DNA of 64,000 nucleotides from the NCBI GenBank assembly GCA_963516005.1, contig CAUPYP010000001.1:39400-103399 (forward strand), read 5' to 3'. Position 1 is the first letter of the stretch. The number at the start of each line of letters is the position of its first letter. The notes beneath the pieces were generated by a model. That model was not told the DNA's origin. It saw nothing but the letters and a program-made list of their open reading frames with translations, and ran no database searches. Both the position numbers and the translations under genes were made by a program. This document shows, piece after piece, positions 1 through 10,353 of this stretch. Source of the DNA: an uncultured Candidatus Saccharibacteria bacterium (GTDB lineage: Bacteria > Patescibacteriota > Saccharimonadia > Saccharimonadales > Saccharimonadaceae).

Positions 1-782
1 TTCGGCTCGCCAATGACGGTCGGATTGAGCGGTCGGCGGTGCGAGCGGGACTAGTGACGCCAGATGGCTCGGCTGATCGGGCTGGTCTGAAAAAAGATGA
101 TCAGATTTTGAAAATTGATGGTAAAACTATCGACTCACCGGAGACGATGCGAACTTTAACTAAGGAACTGGCAGGGCGTGAAGTGACGGTCGAGTATCGA
201 CGCGCATCCAGCAAGCAGACTGTCGCTCAGGTTCAAGTCAAAATCAGTGATCATGAGACGGCTAAACAAAAAGGTTATATCGGTATGATCCCAGTACAGG
301 ACGCGAAGATTTATGCTGGCTGGTCGGCACCAATTGTGGGTGTCGGTACGGTGGTACAGATGATGGGCGAAACGCTTAAAGGCGTGGGACAGTTATTTGC
401 TAATTTCTTCGGTGGCTTAGTGCAGAAACTGAGTTTTGACCAGGCGACGCGCCAACAAGCTGATCAAAAAATCGCTCAGGCGGGACAAGCGGTGGCTGGA
501 CCAGTGGGGCTATTGGGGGTGATTTTTCCGGCGTTGATTGGTGGAGAACTGACGACTTTTGTGCTGTTTGTGGCGATTATTTCGCTCACGTTAGCGGTGA
601 TGAATGCTTTGCCGATTCCGGCGCTCGACGGTGGTCGATGGGTGGTGACGGCGATATTTCGTTGCCTAAAAAAGCCACTATCTAAAGAGCTTGAGGAACA
701 AATTCACGGCACTGGTATGATGGTGTTGCTGGCACTGACATTGTTGATTACGATTAGTGATGTGTTTAAGTTTTTTAAATAA
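1..782 (+). CDS. rseP: RseP-type site-2 (M50) intramembrane zinc protease, C-terminal part (5' end lies outside the window)
   Basis: The frame is open from nt 3 to the window edge. A PDZ-like segment (DRAGLKKDDQILKIDGKTI) is followed by a TM region with the NALPIPALDGGR motif typical of M50 proteases. Confidence 0.8.
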   Translation, partial: RLANDGRIERSAVRAGLVTPDGSADRAGLKKDDQILKIDGKTIDSPETMRTLTKELAGREVTVEYRRASSKQTVAQVQVKISDHETAKQKGYIGMIPVQDAKIYAGWSAPIVGVGTVVQMMGETLKGVGQLFANFFGGLVQKLSFDQATRQQADQKIAQAGQAVAGPVGLLGVIFPALIGGELTTFVLFVAIISLTLAVMNALPIPALDGGRWVVTAIFRCLKKPLSKELEEQIHGTGMMVLLALTLLITISDVFKFFK

Positions 783-1630
783 TGATTGAGGTGGTAGAAG
801 TGAACAAAGAAAACGATGATAAAACGGTCACAAAATCAGTGAAAAAACCAGTCAAAAAGCTAACCAGCAAACAATATTGGCGCCGGGTTGGCTCTAATTT
901 GTCACAGAATCTTGCCTTAATAATTTATCTGGTGGTAATTTATTTGGTGGTGAATTTTATCTGTGGAGCGGTGATTGAGTGGCAACAGGCACATTGGCCA
1001 GTAGATAAACGTTATGTACTGTTATATAACCAATTTTTGCACTTGGTGGTATTTGGTAGTTTTATACTGGTGTTATGGGCGGTGCCGAAGTTCGTCTTGT
1101 CAAAATGGCGCTGGAGCAAAGGCTTAAAGTGGGACAAATCGCGTCTAGGTGTGACTGGTTGGCTAAAATGGCGCGAAATTGGCTTGGCGCTGACTGGTTT
1201 TGTGCTGGCGTTTATCTTGCGAATTGTGATGATTTTAGTGGTTAAAGAGCTAATTCCAGGTTTTGACATTGAGCAGAAGCAGGATTTGGGCTTTAATTTT
1301 GGTTGGCAAAACTCACGTTTAGAACTGATGGCGGTATTTTTCACGCTGGTGGTACTAGCACCAGTGACGGAAGAGCTGATTTTTCGTGGGTTTATGTTTG
1401 AAAAAGTGCGAGCACGGTCTAATTTTTTGATGACGGCGTTGCTGGTGAGTCTGTTATTTGGATTAGCTCACTTCGCGGGCGGAGGCTGGGTAACCGTAGT
1501 GGTGACTTTTTCATTGTCGCTAGTGATGTGTTTAACACGAGAGGTGTCGGGCTCGATTTATCCGGCAATGATTATTCACGCACTCAATAACGGACTAGCG
1601 TTTTGGGTGATTTTAAGTGGTTTAAAGTAG
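782..1630 (+). CDS. CPBP-family (CAAX/Abi) intramembrane metalloprotease
   Basis: Multi-TM protein with TEELIFRGF, FGLAHF and HALNN motifs. Its start overlaps the upstream stop (TAATG). Confidence 0.8.
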   Translation: MIEVVEVNKENDDKTVTKSVKKPVKKLTSKQYWRRVGSNLSQNLALIIYLVVIYLVVNFICGAVIEWQQAHWPVDKRYVLLYNQFLHLVVFGSFILVLWAVPKFVLSKWRWSKGLKWDKSRLGVTGWLKWREIGLALTGFVLAFILRIVMILVVKELIPGFDIEQKQDLGFNFGWQNSRLELMAVFFTLVVLAPVTEELIFRGFMFEKVRARSNFLMTALLVSLLFGLAHFAGGGWVTVVVTFSLSLVMCLTREVSGSIYPAMIIHALNNGLAFWVILSGLK

Positions 1631-1668
1631 ATTTTGTGGTATAATATCAGCTGATTAGGAAGTGATGT

Positions 1669-2910
1669 ATGCGACAAACTCAAATTTTTACAAAAACTAC
1701 CAAAAACCTGCCAGCTGATGAAGTAGCAAAAAACGCTCAGTTATTGATTCGAGCTGGCTATGTATATAAAGAAATGGCGGGTGTTTATGCTTATTTGCCA
1801 CTCGGTTTACGGGTGTTGGAGAAGATTAAGCAGATTATTCGCGAGGAAATGGAAGCGATTGGTGGAAATGAAATCGTGATGACTAGCCTACAAAAGCCGG
1901 CTACTTGGCAACAAACTGGGCGTTGGAGTGACGAAGTTGTCGATATTTGGTTTAAAACTGAATTAAAAGATCACACGCAACTCGGTCTGGGCTGGAGTCA
2001 CGAAGAGCCAATCGTGGAAATGCTGAAGCAATTTGTGCGTAGTTATAAAGATTTACCGGTGAGTGTGTACCAGTTCCAGACGAAGTTGCGTAATGAACTT
2101 CGTGCGAAATCGGGTGTGATGCGTGGTCGGGAATTTGTGATGAAGGATATGTACAGCGTGCATGCTTCAGCTGAAGATTTAGATAATTATTATCAGAGTG
2201 TGACTGAGGCTTATTTACGGATTTTTGATCGATTGGGTATTGGTCAGGATACTTACGTGACGTTTGCAAGTGGCGGGTCGTTTACGAAGTTTAGTCACGA
2301 ATTTCAGACAATTTGTGAGGCTGGTGAAGATGTGATTTATCTGTATCGTGATAAAAACATGGCGATTAACGAAGAAGTGCTGGATGAGGCGGTAGCGGAG
2401 TTGGGCATTAGCAAAGACCAGCTTGAGCGCGTTAAAACCGCCGAAGTCGGCAATATCTTTCACTTCGGTACGCAAAAAACCGACGACATGGGTCTGAAAT
2501 TCACCGATCAAGATGGCCAAATTAAGTCGCTGTATATGGGCTCGTATGGCATTGGTGTGACGCGGTTAATGGGGGTGATTGTTGAAAAAATGGCTGATGA
2601 GAAGGGTTTGGTTTGGCCTCAGGCGATTGCGCCATTTCAACTTCATCTGGTATTGCTGGATGAGGAGGCGCGCCAACAAGCTGATGAGTTGTATCAGCAA
2701 TTACAGGAACGAGGTGTTGAAGTATTATACGACGATCGACCAAAAATCCGCCCTGGTGAGAAATTTGCCGATAGCGATTTGCTTGGCATTCCGTATCGAG
2801 TGGTTGTAGGTAAGCGCTCACTCGGTCAAGACCGATACGAAGTCGTGAAGCGCGCTGATGGCCAAAAACTATCGCTCACCCAAGAAGAGATTATTAAAAC
2901 AATTTTATAA
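1669..2910 (+). CDS. proS: Prolyl-tRNA synthetase, short bacterial-type form without the INS editing domain
   Basis: The N-terminus (MRQTQIFTKTTK..AQLLIRAGYV), a class II core and a C-terminal anticodon-binding domain fit bacterial ProRS. It is only 413 aa. An AGGAAG RBS lies upstream. Confidence 0.9.
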   Translation: MRQTQIFTKTTKNLPADEVAKNAQLLIRAGYVYKEMAGVYAYLPLGLRVLEKIKQIIREEMEAIGGNEIVMTSLQKPATWQQTGRWSDEVVDIWFKTELKDHTQLGLGWSHEEPIVEMLKQFVRSYKDLPVSVYQFQTKLRNELRAKSGVMRGREFVMKDMYSVHASAEDLDNYYQSVTEAYLRIFDRLGIGQDTYVTFASGGSFTKFSHEFQTICEAGEDVIYLYRDKNMAINEEVLDEAVAELGISKDQLERVKTAEVGNIFHFGTQKTDDMGLKFTDQDGQIKSLYMGSYGIGVTRLMGVIVEKMADEKGLVWPQAIAPFQLHLVLLDEEARQQADELYQQLQERGVEVLYDDRPKIRPGEKFADSDLLGIPYRVVVGKRSLGQDRYEVVKRADGQKLSLTQEEIIKTIL

Positions 2911-2928
2911 ATTACAAAGGAGACAACA

Positions 2929-3393
2929 ATGGTAAAACAAGTAATTCAACTGACCGAAGACGGTTTAAGCGAACTGGTCGCAGAACTTGAGGCGTTAAAA
3001 TCACGTCGCACTGAAATTGCAAATCGTATTGCTGAAGCGCGCGATTTCGGTGACTTACGTGAAAACTCGGAATACGACGCAGCCCGCGGTGAACAAACTG
3101 CGGTTGAGACTCGTATCGTGGAAATCGAAGACATTATCCAAAAAGCAGAAGTAATTGAGGCGGGTAGCGGTAATAAAGTTCATGTCGGCTCAACCGTCAC
3201 GATTCAGCGCTTGGCTGATAAAAAAGAATTTACCTATCGAGTGGTTGGTTCAATTGAGGCTAACCCAGCAGAAGGTCGGGTGAGTGACGAATCGCCAATG
3301 GGTGCTGGTCTGTTGAACCAAAAAGTTGGCGATGTTGTATCAATTCACGCACCAAAAGGTCCGGTTGAATACAAAATTTTGTCATTAGAATAA
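2929..3393 (+). CDS. greA: Transcription elongation factor GreA
   Basis: 154 aa with an N-terminal coiled coil (DFGDLRENSEYDAAR) and a C-terminal FKBP-like domain. AAGGAG RBS. Confidence 0.95.
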   Translation: MVKQVIQLTEDGLSELVAELEALKSRRTEIANRIAEARDFGDLRENSEYDAARGEQTAVETRIVEIEDIIQKAEVIEAGSGNKVHVGSTVTIQRLADKKEFTYRVVGSIEANPAEGRVSDESPMGAGLLNQKVGDVVSIHAPKGPVEYKILSLE

Positions 3394-3413
3394 AAAAATA
3401 TGTCATTAAAACT

Positions 3414-3450
3414 CGCCCTTGTGTAGTAATTTGCTAACAGGGGCGGTTTT
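3414..3450 (+). terminator. Intrinsic terminator after greA
   Basis: Stem CGCCCTTGT / ACAGGGGCG followed by GTTTT. Confidence 0.6.
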
Positions 3451-3488
3451 ATGTTAAAATAACTAGAGAAAGACAAAACGGAGACACT

Positions 3489-4991
3489 ATGGCAACACTA
3501 CAAGATTATCGTAACGAACGCCTGCGCAAACGACAGGAACTGTTAGACTTGGGATATGATTTATATCCAAGCAAGGCAAATCGCACTCACCAAGCTGACC
3601 AAATTACAGCACAATTTAACGAACTCGAAGGTCAAGCGGTCACAGTGGCGGGTCGGATTATGAAAATCCGTAAGTTCGGTAAAATTGCGTTTGTAGTGTT
3701 GAAGGATTTTAGCGGTGAAGTGCAAGTTTTCTTGAAAAAAGATGATTTGAAGCTAGCTGATGTGGCGCAAAATACCATCGATATGGCGACTTTGCGGTTG
3801 CTTGATATTGGTGATTTTGTCGAAGCAGTTGGCATGGTTGGTAAAACGCAAACTGGTGAAATCTCCGTTTTGGCGCAGTCAGTGCGGCTATTAACTAAAT
3901 CACTTCGTCCGTTGCCCGAGGAGTTAACTAATAAAGAAGAGCGTCTCCGTCGCCGTTATCTGGACATTAATCTCAACCAAGAGGTACGCGATCGTTATAT
4001 TCGCCGGTCGAAATTCTGGCAGGCGACGCGTGATTTTTTGAATGCGCGCGGTTTTATCGAAATTAATACCTCAGTTTTAGAGCATACTACTGGTGGTGCC
4101 GACGCTAATCCGTTTGTGACACATATGGATGCGCTAGGCGAGGATTTTTATCTACGCATTTCGCACGAATTGCCACTTAAGCGCTTAATTGGCGCTGGCT
4201 ATGAAAAAGTCTACGACATTGGTCAGCGGTTTCGTAATGAAAACTATTCAGATGAACACTTGCCGGAGCATGTGGCGATGGAATGGTATTGGGCGTATGC
4301 TAACTGGCAAGATGGCATGCAAATGATGGAGGAGATGTATAAATATGTCCTCGAGCAGACTTTCGGCAAATTGCAGTTTAAACTGGGTGATTTTGAAGTT
4401 GATATGAGCGGTAAATGGGAAGTCTGGGATTATGCTACAACCATCAACCAGCGTTATGGTATTGATATTTTTACGACAGAAATGGCGGAATTGCAACGGA
4501 TTATGCATGAAAATGGTCTAGAGGTTGAAAAAGCTGATAATCGTTCACGCGTTATTGATAAATTATGGAAAAATATCCGCAAAGATGTGGCTGGTCCAGT
4601 CTGGCTGATTAATACGCCGAAGTTTATTTCGCCACTATCAAAAACTAGCCTGGAAGATGTGCGATTGACGGAACGCTTCCAGCCAGTGATTGCTGGTTCG
4701 GAGCTGGGTAATGGGTTCTCAGAGTTAAATGACCCAATTGATCAGCTAGAGCGTTTCTTGGAACAACAACAAATGCGTGAGGCGGGCGATGACGAGGCGA
4801 TGATGCTGGATATTGACTTCGTGGAGATGCTTGAATATGGCATGCCGCCGACTTGTGGTTGGGGTTATTCTGAGCGGGTATTTTGGATTTTTGAAGGTGT
4901 GACCGCTCGTGAGGGCGTGCCGTTCCCACAACTACGCCGTGGTGTTGATCCGGTAACTCGTAAGATTTATCCTGAAGTGAAATTTGATTAA
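3489..4991 (+). CDS. lysS: Lysyl-tRNA synthetase, class II
   Basis: 500 aa with an N-terminal OB anticodon-binding domain and a class II catalytic core (IGQRFRNE, GWGYSERV). Confidence 0.95.
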   Translation: MATLQDYRNERLRKRQELLDLGYDLYPSKANRTHQADQITAQFNELEGQAVTVAGRIMKIRKFGKIAFVVLKDFSGEVQVFLKKDDLKLADVAQNTIDMATLRLLDIGDFVEAVGMVGKTQTGEISVLAQSVRLLTKSLRPLPEELTNKEERLRRRYLDINLNQEVRDRYIRRSKFWQATRDFLNARGFIEINTSVLEHTTGGADANPFVTHMDALGEDFYLRISHELPLKRLIGAGYEKVYDIGQRFRNENYSDEHLPEHVAMEWYWAYANWQDGMQMMEEMYKYVLEQTFGKLQFKLGDFEVDMSGKWEVWDYATTINQRYGIDIFTTEMAELQRIMHENGLEVEKADNRSRVIDKLWKNIRKDVAGPVWLINTPKFISPLSKTSLEDVRLTERFQPVIAGSELGNGFSELNDPIDQLERFLEQQQMREAGDDEAMMLDIDFVEMLEYGMPPTCGWGYSERVFWIFEGVTAREGVPFPQLRRGVDPVTRKIYPEVKFD

Positions 4992-5011
4992 AATTGCTTT
5001 TTATGACATAA

Positions 5012-5050
5012 AACTACTCAGTTAAAATGAGCTGAGTAGTTTTTGTTTTT
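5012..5050 (+). terminator. Intrinsic terminator after lysS
   Basis: 10-bp stem AACTACTCAG / CTGAGTAGTT followed by TTTTGTTTTTT. Confidence 0.75.
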
Positions 5051-5096
5051 TAGAAAAAAAATATCGGTGTGTCTTTATTTTTAAGCATAAGCAAGG

Positions 5097-5102
5097 TATA
5101 AT
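5097..5102 (+). promoter_or_regulatory. -10 box TATAAT 6 nt upstream of ATG 5109 (leaderless-type start)
   Basis: The sequence reads GGTATAATttaagtATG, with no SD element. Confidence 0.45.
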
Positions 5103-5108
5103 TTAAGT

Positions 5109-5501
5109 ATGAAATTTCAACTTTCTTCGCGTAAAGTGGTGCGTTTAGTGATTGTAGCTATCGGAGTAGTGACTTTGATCGTGATGTTGTTGATGGTGTT
5201 AAACGAAAAAAATATTCACGACAAAGTGACGGATATGATAGTTATGCTGGTTGGGATGATTGCGCTGGTAATGGCGGTACTGACCGAGGCGGAGCTGGAG
5301 CGTCATACACGACGATCATTGCAGATTCATCAAGAAGTGCTGGCGGCGCTGGCAGAAATTCGGGAAATTAATCACGATAATGATAAAATACGGCAACTTA
5401 TCAGCAAAGATTATCAAGTGGATAAACAAATTGCTCATCGGCTTGCGCATCTGACAGAACAGGCTGACGCTTCTAAGAAGGCGACTAGGAATAAGGAATA
5501 A
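5109..5501 (+). CDS. Hypothetical membrane protein (2 TM plus a helical cytoplasmic tail)
   Basis: 130-aa ORF with two hydrophobic helices. TATAAT sits 6 nt upstream of the ATG. No family recognised. Confidence 0.6.
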   Translation: MKFQLSSRKVVRLVIVAIGVVTLIVMLLMVLNEKNIHDKVTDMIVMLVGMIALVMAVLTEAELERHTRRSLQIHQEVLAALAEIREINHDNDKIRQLISKDYQVDKQIAHRLAHLTEQADASKKATRNKE

Positions 5502-5513
5502 TCAGGGCGGGTT

Positions 5514-6503
5514 ATGAAAATTATCAACTTCGGGGTGCGGGAAGATGAGCGTCAGTATTTTGAGCGGTTTGCGACAGAATTTGGCGTGCAATGTTTTACA
5601 ACAGATCGTCCCCTTGATAAAAGCACGATGCACTTATTAAAAGGTATGAATGGCGTGACAGATATTACGACGCGCTGTTATGCACCAGAAGTGTATCAGA
5701 TGATGCATGATCAAGGTATTAAGTATTTTTCATTGCGTCAGGCGGGATTTGATGGGCTGAATTGCGTTGATGGTCGGCGCTATGGCATACGGTTTGCGCG
5801 CGTGCCAGATTATTCACCTAATGCGATTAGTGAGCATTCGGTGGCACTAGCCTTAATGCTATTGCGTAATTTGCACACTGGCTACATGCGTTGGCATAAT
5901 CAAGATTATCGCTTAGAAGGCTTAATTGGCAAAGAAATTCGTGATTATACAGTGGGTATTCTCGGAACGGGGCATATTGGACTCGAGGCGGCGAAGGCGT
6001 TTCAGGGGTTTGGCGGACGGGTGATTGCCTATGATGTGGCGCCACGACCGGAGGAACGGAAGTGGCTGGAATATGTCGATGATTTGGATGATTTTTTCCG
6101 TCAGGCAAATTTGATTGGGATTTATATGCCACTTAATGCCGGTAATCACTGCATTATTAACCAACAAACCATCGAAAAAATGTCAAATGGCACGGTGATT
6201 ATTAACGTGGCGCGAGGTGAACATATCAAAACTGACGATTTGTATCAAGCGCTGGTATCGGGAAAATTGGCTGGTGCGGCACTAGATGTATATGAGGGTG
6301 AGCGTGGGATTTTTCATCAGGATTTTTCGACTCGAGCAGTGCCAGATGAACTATTTCGTAAGCTTGAAGCTTTGCCGAATGTGATTATTACTCCGCACAT
6401 TGCCTTTAATACTGATCATGCGGTGCGTAATATGGTCAAAATCAGCTTAGAAAATATTTTAAAAATGTCTAAGTGTGATAAAATTAAAAATGAAATACCT
6501 TAA
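5514..6503 (+). CDS. D-isomer-specific 2-hydroxyacid dehydrogenase (D-lactate dehydrogenase-like)
   Basis: Has the NAD-binding GILGTGHIGLEAA motif and catalytic Arg/Glu/His contexts (VARGEHI, DVYEGE, ITPHIAF). Confidence 0.8.
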   Translation: MKIINFGVREDERQYFERFATEFGVQCFTTDRPLDKSTMHLLKGMNGVTDITTRCYAPEVYQMMHDQGIKYFSLRQAGFDGLNCVDGRRYGIRFARVPDYSPNAISEHSVALALMLLRNLHTGYMRWHNQDYRLEGLIGKEIRDYTVGILGTGHIGLEAAKAFQGFGGRVIAYDVAPRPEERKWLEYVDDLDDFFRQANLIGIYMPLNAGNHCIINQQTIEKMSNGTVIINVARGEHIKTDDLYQALVSGKLAGAALDVYEGERGIFHQDFSTRAVPDELFRKLEALPNVIITPHIAFNTDHAVRNMVKISLENILKMSKCDKIKNEIP

Positions 6504-6531
6504 GTTAACTTAAATCATAGGGGAGAAAAAA

Positions 6532-8388
6532 ATGAGTAGGTGGCAAAAAATGCTTTTGGTGGCTGGTTTAGCGCTGGTCGGCACCATCGGTTCGGTAATT
6601 GGTTTAACGACGCAGTTAGTTAGCGCTGGCGTCGATAATTTTTATTTTGATAAAATGGAAGTCGATTATTATCTCAGTAAAAACGCCGATGGTCAATCAC
6701 AATTACGCGTCAAAGAAGTCTTGTATCCAGTTTTTCCAAATTATAATCAGAACCGGGGGATTGTCCGGTCGATTCCACTGACTTACCAAAAACACACACT
6801 TGATTTGCAGATGGGCGAGATGTTGCGCGATGATTTGCCAGCCCCGGTTTATAAAGACGAAACCAAATCTGGTTTTCGAGTGCTAATGATTCGCGACAAG
6901 AGTGATTCAGCATATTTGCATGGTCGCCATAAGTATGAATTTAATTACACTATGCGTGATGTGACGATGAAACCAACTGATAACCCTAAACAGGAGTTCT
7001 ATTGGGATGTTAATGGTACGGGCTGGCGTCAACAATTCCGACAAGTGGTGGCGCGAGTGCACTTAGATGAGTCGATACGAGGTGATTTTAACCCTAATCA
7101 AGTTGCTTGCTATACGGGCAAGTTAAATAGCACTGAACGCAATTGTCGTTATGTCATCAGTCAAGACAAGAGTGTTGTGACATTTACAACAACTAAATCA
7201 TTAGGCATTGGTGGTAATATAACTATTGCAATGCAGTTTAAAGAGGCAACTTTTGCGGAGTATAAAATTAGTGATCATCACCGTATGTTAGCTTGGCTAG
7301 TGGCAGTACTTGGTATTGCTGGCGTTGGCTTGATGCTGGTGGCAATTGGGCAAGTATTGAGATTGTCTCGTCGCAATAAGCCAACCACAATTGTGACTGA
7401 ATATTTACCGCCAGCGGAGCTTGATGTTTTTCAATCAGCGGTTTTAGATGCTAATCTAACGTCCTATTCAGCTAAGACTATGCCAGCTGGCTTGATTAAT
7501 TTAGCGATTGAGCGCAAGATTCAAATTATTGAACAAGACACTTCAGTGCTTTTGTTTAATAGTAAAGATTATCTGGTTAAGGTTTTGCCTAACAAAACCT
7601 GGACTAAGCGCGAAGAGGCATTTTTCTTCGCAATCTTTAAGACTAAGCCAGTTGAAGGCCAGAGCTATAAAATCGAGAAGCGAGACTACGGTATGAGTTC
7701 ACGTGTCGAATCATTTACGGAACGAACGGTAGATTCGCTTCAGGGAGATTTCTACGATATACAAGCCACTAAACAAGCGACACGACCAATTTTAATTAAA
7801 ACAGTGATAGCAATGATCGCGTCTGGCATCTCGATGGTTGTACTCCTAACTTCTCTAGAAGCAGTTAGTGTGGATAGTATGAGTGGAATCTTAGCTGATG
7901 TATTTAGGCCGTTCTCAATCGTATTTATTCAAGTTTTGACAATTGTGGTTGGTGTATTTATCCTGACGTTCAATGCGTCGTTTAAACAATTAACTCCAGC
8001 TGGACTCAAGGCGAAAGCGCATCTCAAAGGGTTAAAACGTTATATTACAATGGCTGAAGCGGAGCGGTTGGCATTTAACCAATCAGTAAGCGGGGCAGCG
8101 CGTGATGCTCAAGGGTTAGTCGAATTATACGAGCGGTTGTTGCCGTATGCGGTTATGTTTGGCTTAGAGGCTTCATGGAGTAGAGTATTGAATGCGGTCT
8201 ATAAGGAAGCAAATTATACACCAGCTTGGTATTTCGGCACACAAGCCTTTAATGCTTCATCGTTTAGTCGTTCAATCGGCTCATTTAGTTCGGCGGCTTC
8301 GTCAGCTAGCTCGTCTGGCCGATCGGGTTCGGGTGGAGGCGGATACTCTGGCGGTGGAGGCGGTGGAGGCGGTGGCGGTGGATGCTAA
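6532..8388 (+). CDS. DUF2207-like membrane protein with a C-terminal poly-Gly tail
   Basis: Signal/TM segment, a large extracytoplasmic domain, several TM helices, and a Ser-rich then Gly-run C-terminus (GGGGYSGGGGGGGGGGGC). This layout is characteristic of DUF2207 proteins. Confidence 0.65.
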   Translation: MSRWQKMLLVAGLALVGTIGSVIGLTTQLVSAGVDNFYFDKMEVDYYLSKNADGQSQLRVKEVLYPVFPNYNQNRGIVRSIPLTYQKHTLDLQMGEMLRDDLPAPVYKDETKSGFRVLMIRDKSDSAYLHGRHKYEFNYTMRDVTMKPTDNPKQEFYWDVNGTGWRQQFRQVVARVHLDESIRGDFNPNQVACYTGKLNSTERNCRYVISQDKSVVTFTTTKSLGIGGNITIAMQFKEATFAEYKISDHHRMLAWLVAVLGIAGVGLMLVAIGQVLRLSRRNKPTTIVTEYLPPAELDVFQSAVLDANLTSYSAKTMPAGLINLAIERKIQIIEQDTSVLLFNSKDYLVKVLPNKTWTKREEAFFFAIFKTKPVEGQSYKIEKRDYGMSSRVESFTERTVDSLQGDFYDIQATKQATRPILIKTVIAMIASGISMVVLLTSLEAVSVDSMSGILADVFRPFSIVFIQVLTIVVGVFILTFNASFKQLTPAGLKAKAHLKGLKRYITMAEAERLAFNQSVSGAARDAQGLVELYERLLPYAVMFGLEASWSRVLNAVYKEANYTPAWYFGTQAFNASSFSRSIGSFSSAASSASSSGRSGSGGGGYSGGGGGGGGGGGC

Positions 8389-8427
8389 GCCTCGAATAAT
8401 TTGTTTGAAATAAAAAAAAGGAAAGAT

Positions 8428-9648
8428 ATGATCAAATTAAGTAAGAAAACTTTAATTAAATTAAGTGTGGTGATGCTGATGATAGTAGCTGTGATCGGTC
8501 TTGCTCGACCGGGCTTAGTGTTAGCCGAGGCGAAACAAGATACAGAGTCGTCACAAACAACCAGCCAATCGGGTGATAATCAAGATGACAAACAGACCAA
8601 CCAATCAAAAACCAAGACTGGTAATGATGAAATCTCACTTGATAAGCAGATTGACGGTGATGCGATTTGCGTGAGTTCTAGTCGGTGTGCAATTGGTGGA
8701 GTGGTAGAGGACGATGTATTGGCGGCAGCGCTGACTATTGAAATTCGCGGAGAAGTGAAAGGCGATGTTCGCGCCGTAGCTAATGAGCTGATAATTGCAT
8801 CTGGTGCGAAAATCCACGGTAATGTTTCGATTTTTGCTCCAAAACTGACCATTCAAAAAGGTGCGGTAATTGGCAAAGATGCGATGCTATCTGGAGGTCA
8901 AATACGAGTTGAGGGGAAAATCGGTCGTGATGTAATGATTGCCAGTGAAGACACTTATATTGAAGGTCAAATCGGTCGTGATGCTAATATTTACTCTAGT
9001 CGCCATACTAGAGTGGCAGATACCGCGAAGATTTCCGGTAATTTATCTAATATGAGCAATACCAAGGACATCGCCGAATCGGCGATTGCTGGTAAATTTA
9101 CACATGAAGTTGCAAAAATGGTTGACTGGAAACATCGCAGTCCGATATCTGGTACGACACTGTGGGTGCTGGCGGTTGGTATTTTACTAGTTATGGTAAC
9201 GATATTACGACCAAAACGCTTCCGTGATTTTAGTCGCGAGCAGTTCAAAGTAGTTAATTTTTTCTATATTGGCATCGGTTATACTCTGCTGTTCCTGCTT
9301 ATGATGTTGTCGATTTTGGCGGCACTTACAGTTATCGGTATCCCATTTGCCATTTTGTCGCTTGCAATGTTCATGATAGTGTTAATTTTGTCGATTCCGC
9401 TAGCAATTTACTACTTATCTAATAACACCTTGGCGCTGTTCGGTAATCATAGTGAATGGTTGGCGTTAGTATTTGGGGTGTTCGTCTATGGGTTGATAAA
9501 CACCGTGCCATCTTTATCGATAAGCGCTAATATTGCTTTGGTCGGCTTGGGTGTTGGACTGTTTATTAAAATAGCACTTGGGGCGCGAACGCCTCATGCA
9601 AAAGAGTCGATAAATCAACCAATGGATCAGCGAGTAGAGGATAAATAA
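8428..9648 (+). CDS. Membrane protein with bactofilin-like (polymer-forming, beta-helix) repeats and a C-terminal multi-TM domain
   Basis: The ATG at 8428 follows AAGGAAAG; the TTG at 8401 is less likely. An N-terminal TM and a Ser/Thr/Gln-rich linker precede repeated G-x-V/I-x-G-D/N-V segments and 5-6 TM helices. Confidence 0.4.
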   Translation: MIKLSKKTLIKLSVVMLMIVAVIGLARPGLVLAEAKQDTESSQTTSQSGDNQDDKQTNQSKTKTGNDEISLDKQIDGDAICVSSSRCAIGGVVEDDVLAAALTIEIRGEVKGDVRAVANELIIASGAKIHGNVSIFAPKLTIQKGAVIGKDAMLSGGQIRVEGKIGRDVMIASEDTYIEGQIGRDANIYSSRHTRVADTAKISGNLSNMSNTKDIAESAIAGKFTHEVAKMVDWKHRSPISGTTLWVLAVGILLVMVTILRPKRFRDFSREQFKVVNFFYIGIGYTLLFLLMMLSILAALTVIGIPFAILSLAMFMIVLILSIPLAIYYLSNNTLALFGNHSEWLALVFGVFVYGLINTVPSLSISANIALVGLGVGLFIKIALGARTPHAKESINQPMDQRVEDK

Positions 9649-10353
9649 ATGATTGAAATTAAAAACGTCAGAAAAACCTATGGTAAGGGTAAAAATGCTT
9701 TTGTGGCTTTAAAAAATATCAATTTAACGCTTGAAGATAACAGTTCGGTGGCGATTGTTGGTAAGTCTGGTTCGGGGAAATCAACGCTGATGCACGCTAT
9801 TTCTGGTCTGGATAAGCCACAAAAAGGCCAAGTGGTAGTTGATGGCCAAAACATCTTAAAATTAAAACCAAAAGACACTGATAAGTTCCGTGCCGAAAAA
9901 ATGAGTTTTATTTTTCAGAGTTTCTTTGTGGAAGCGGGCGAAACTTGTTATGACAATGTTAGTCTATCACTAGAAACCGCTGGCGTGCCAGCTAGTGAAC
10001 GACGCGAGCGCATTGAGCAGGCGCTTAAAGCAGTTGATTTAGCTGATAAAATCAATGTCAAAGCAGGCGATCTGTCAGGTGGTCAAAAACAACGGTTGGC
10101 GATTGCTCGGGCAATTGTCGGTAAGCCTAAGATTTTATTCGCGGATGAACCAACTGGCAACCTCGACTCGGCGACTTCAAAAGTGGTTGAGGATTTGTTG
10201 TTTGATTATCAACGATCTGAACAGGCGATTCTGATTGTGGTAACTCACGACGAAGAACTGGCGGGGCGATGTGAACACTTAGTGCGGATTAAAGATGGTG
10301 AGGTAGTTGAAGAAAAACACAACTCTCGCAATCACAAGAAAGGAACGAAATAA
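9649..10353 (+). CDS. ABC transporter ATP-binding protein (MacB/LolD/FtsE-like)
   Basis: Walker A GKSGSGKST, signature LSGGQKQR and Walker B ILFADEPT are present. It directly abuts the upstream stop. Confidence 0.9.
   Translation: MIEIKNVRKTYGKGKNAFVALKNINLTLEDNSSVAIVGKSGSGKSTLMHAISGLDKPQKGQVVVDGQNILKLKPKDTDKFRAEKMSFIFQSFFVEAGETCYDNVSLSLETAGVPASERRERIEQALKAVDLADKINVKAGDLSGGQKQRLAIARAIVGKPKILFADEPTGNLDSATSKVVEDLLFDYQRSEQAILIVVTHDEELAGRCEHLVRIKDGEVVEEKHNSRNHKKGTK

Noticed and set aside
8290-8388. GGC/GGT-rich low-complexity DNA at the end of the DUF2207-like gene.
   Set aside because: It encodes the Ser- and Gly-rich tail typical of that protein family. It is not an independent repeat element.
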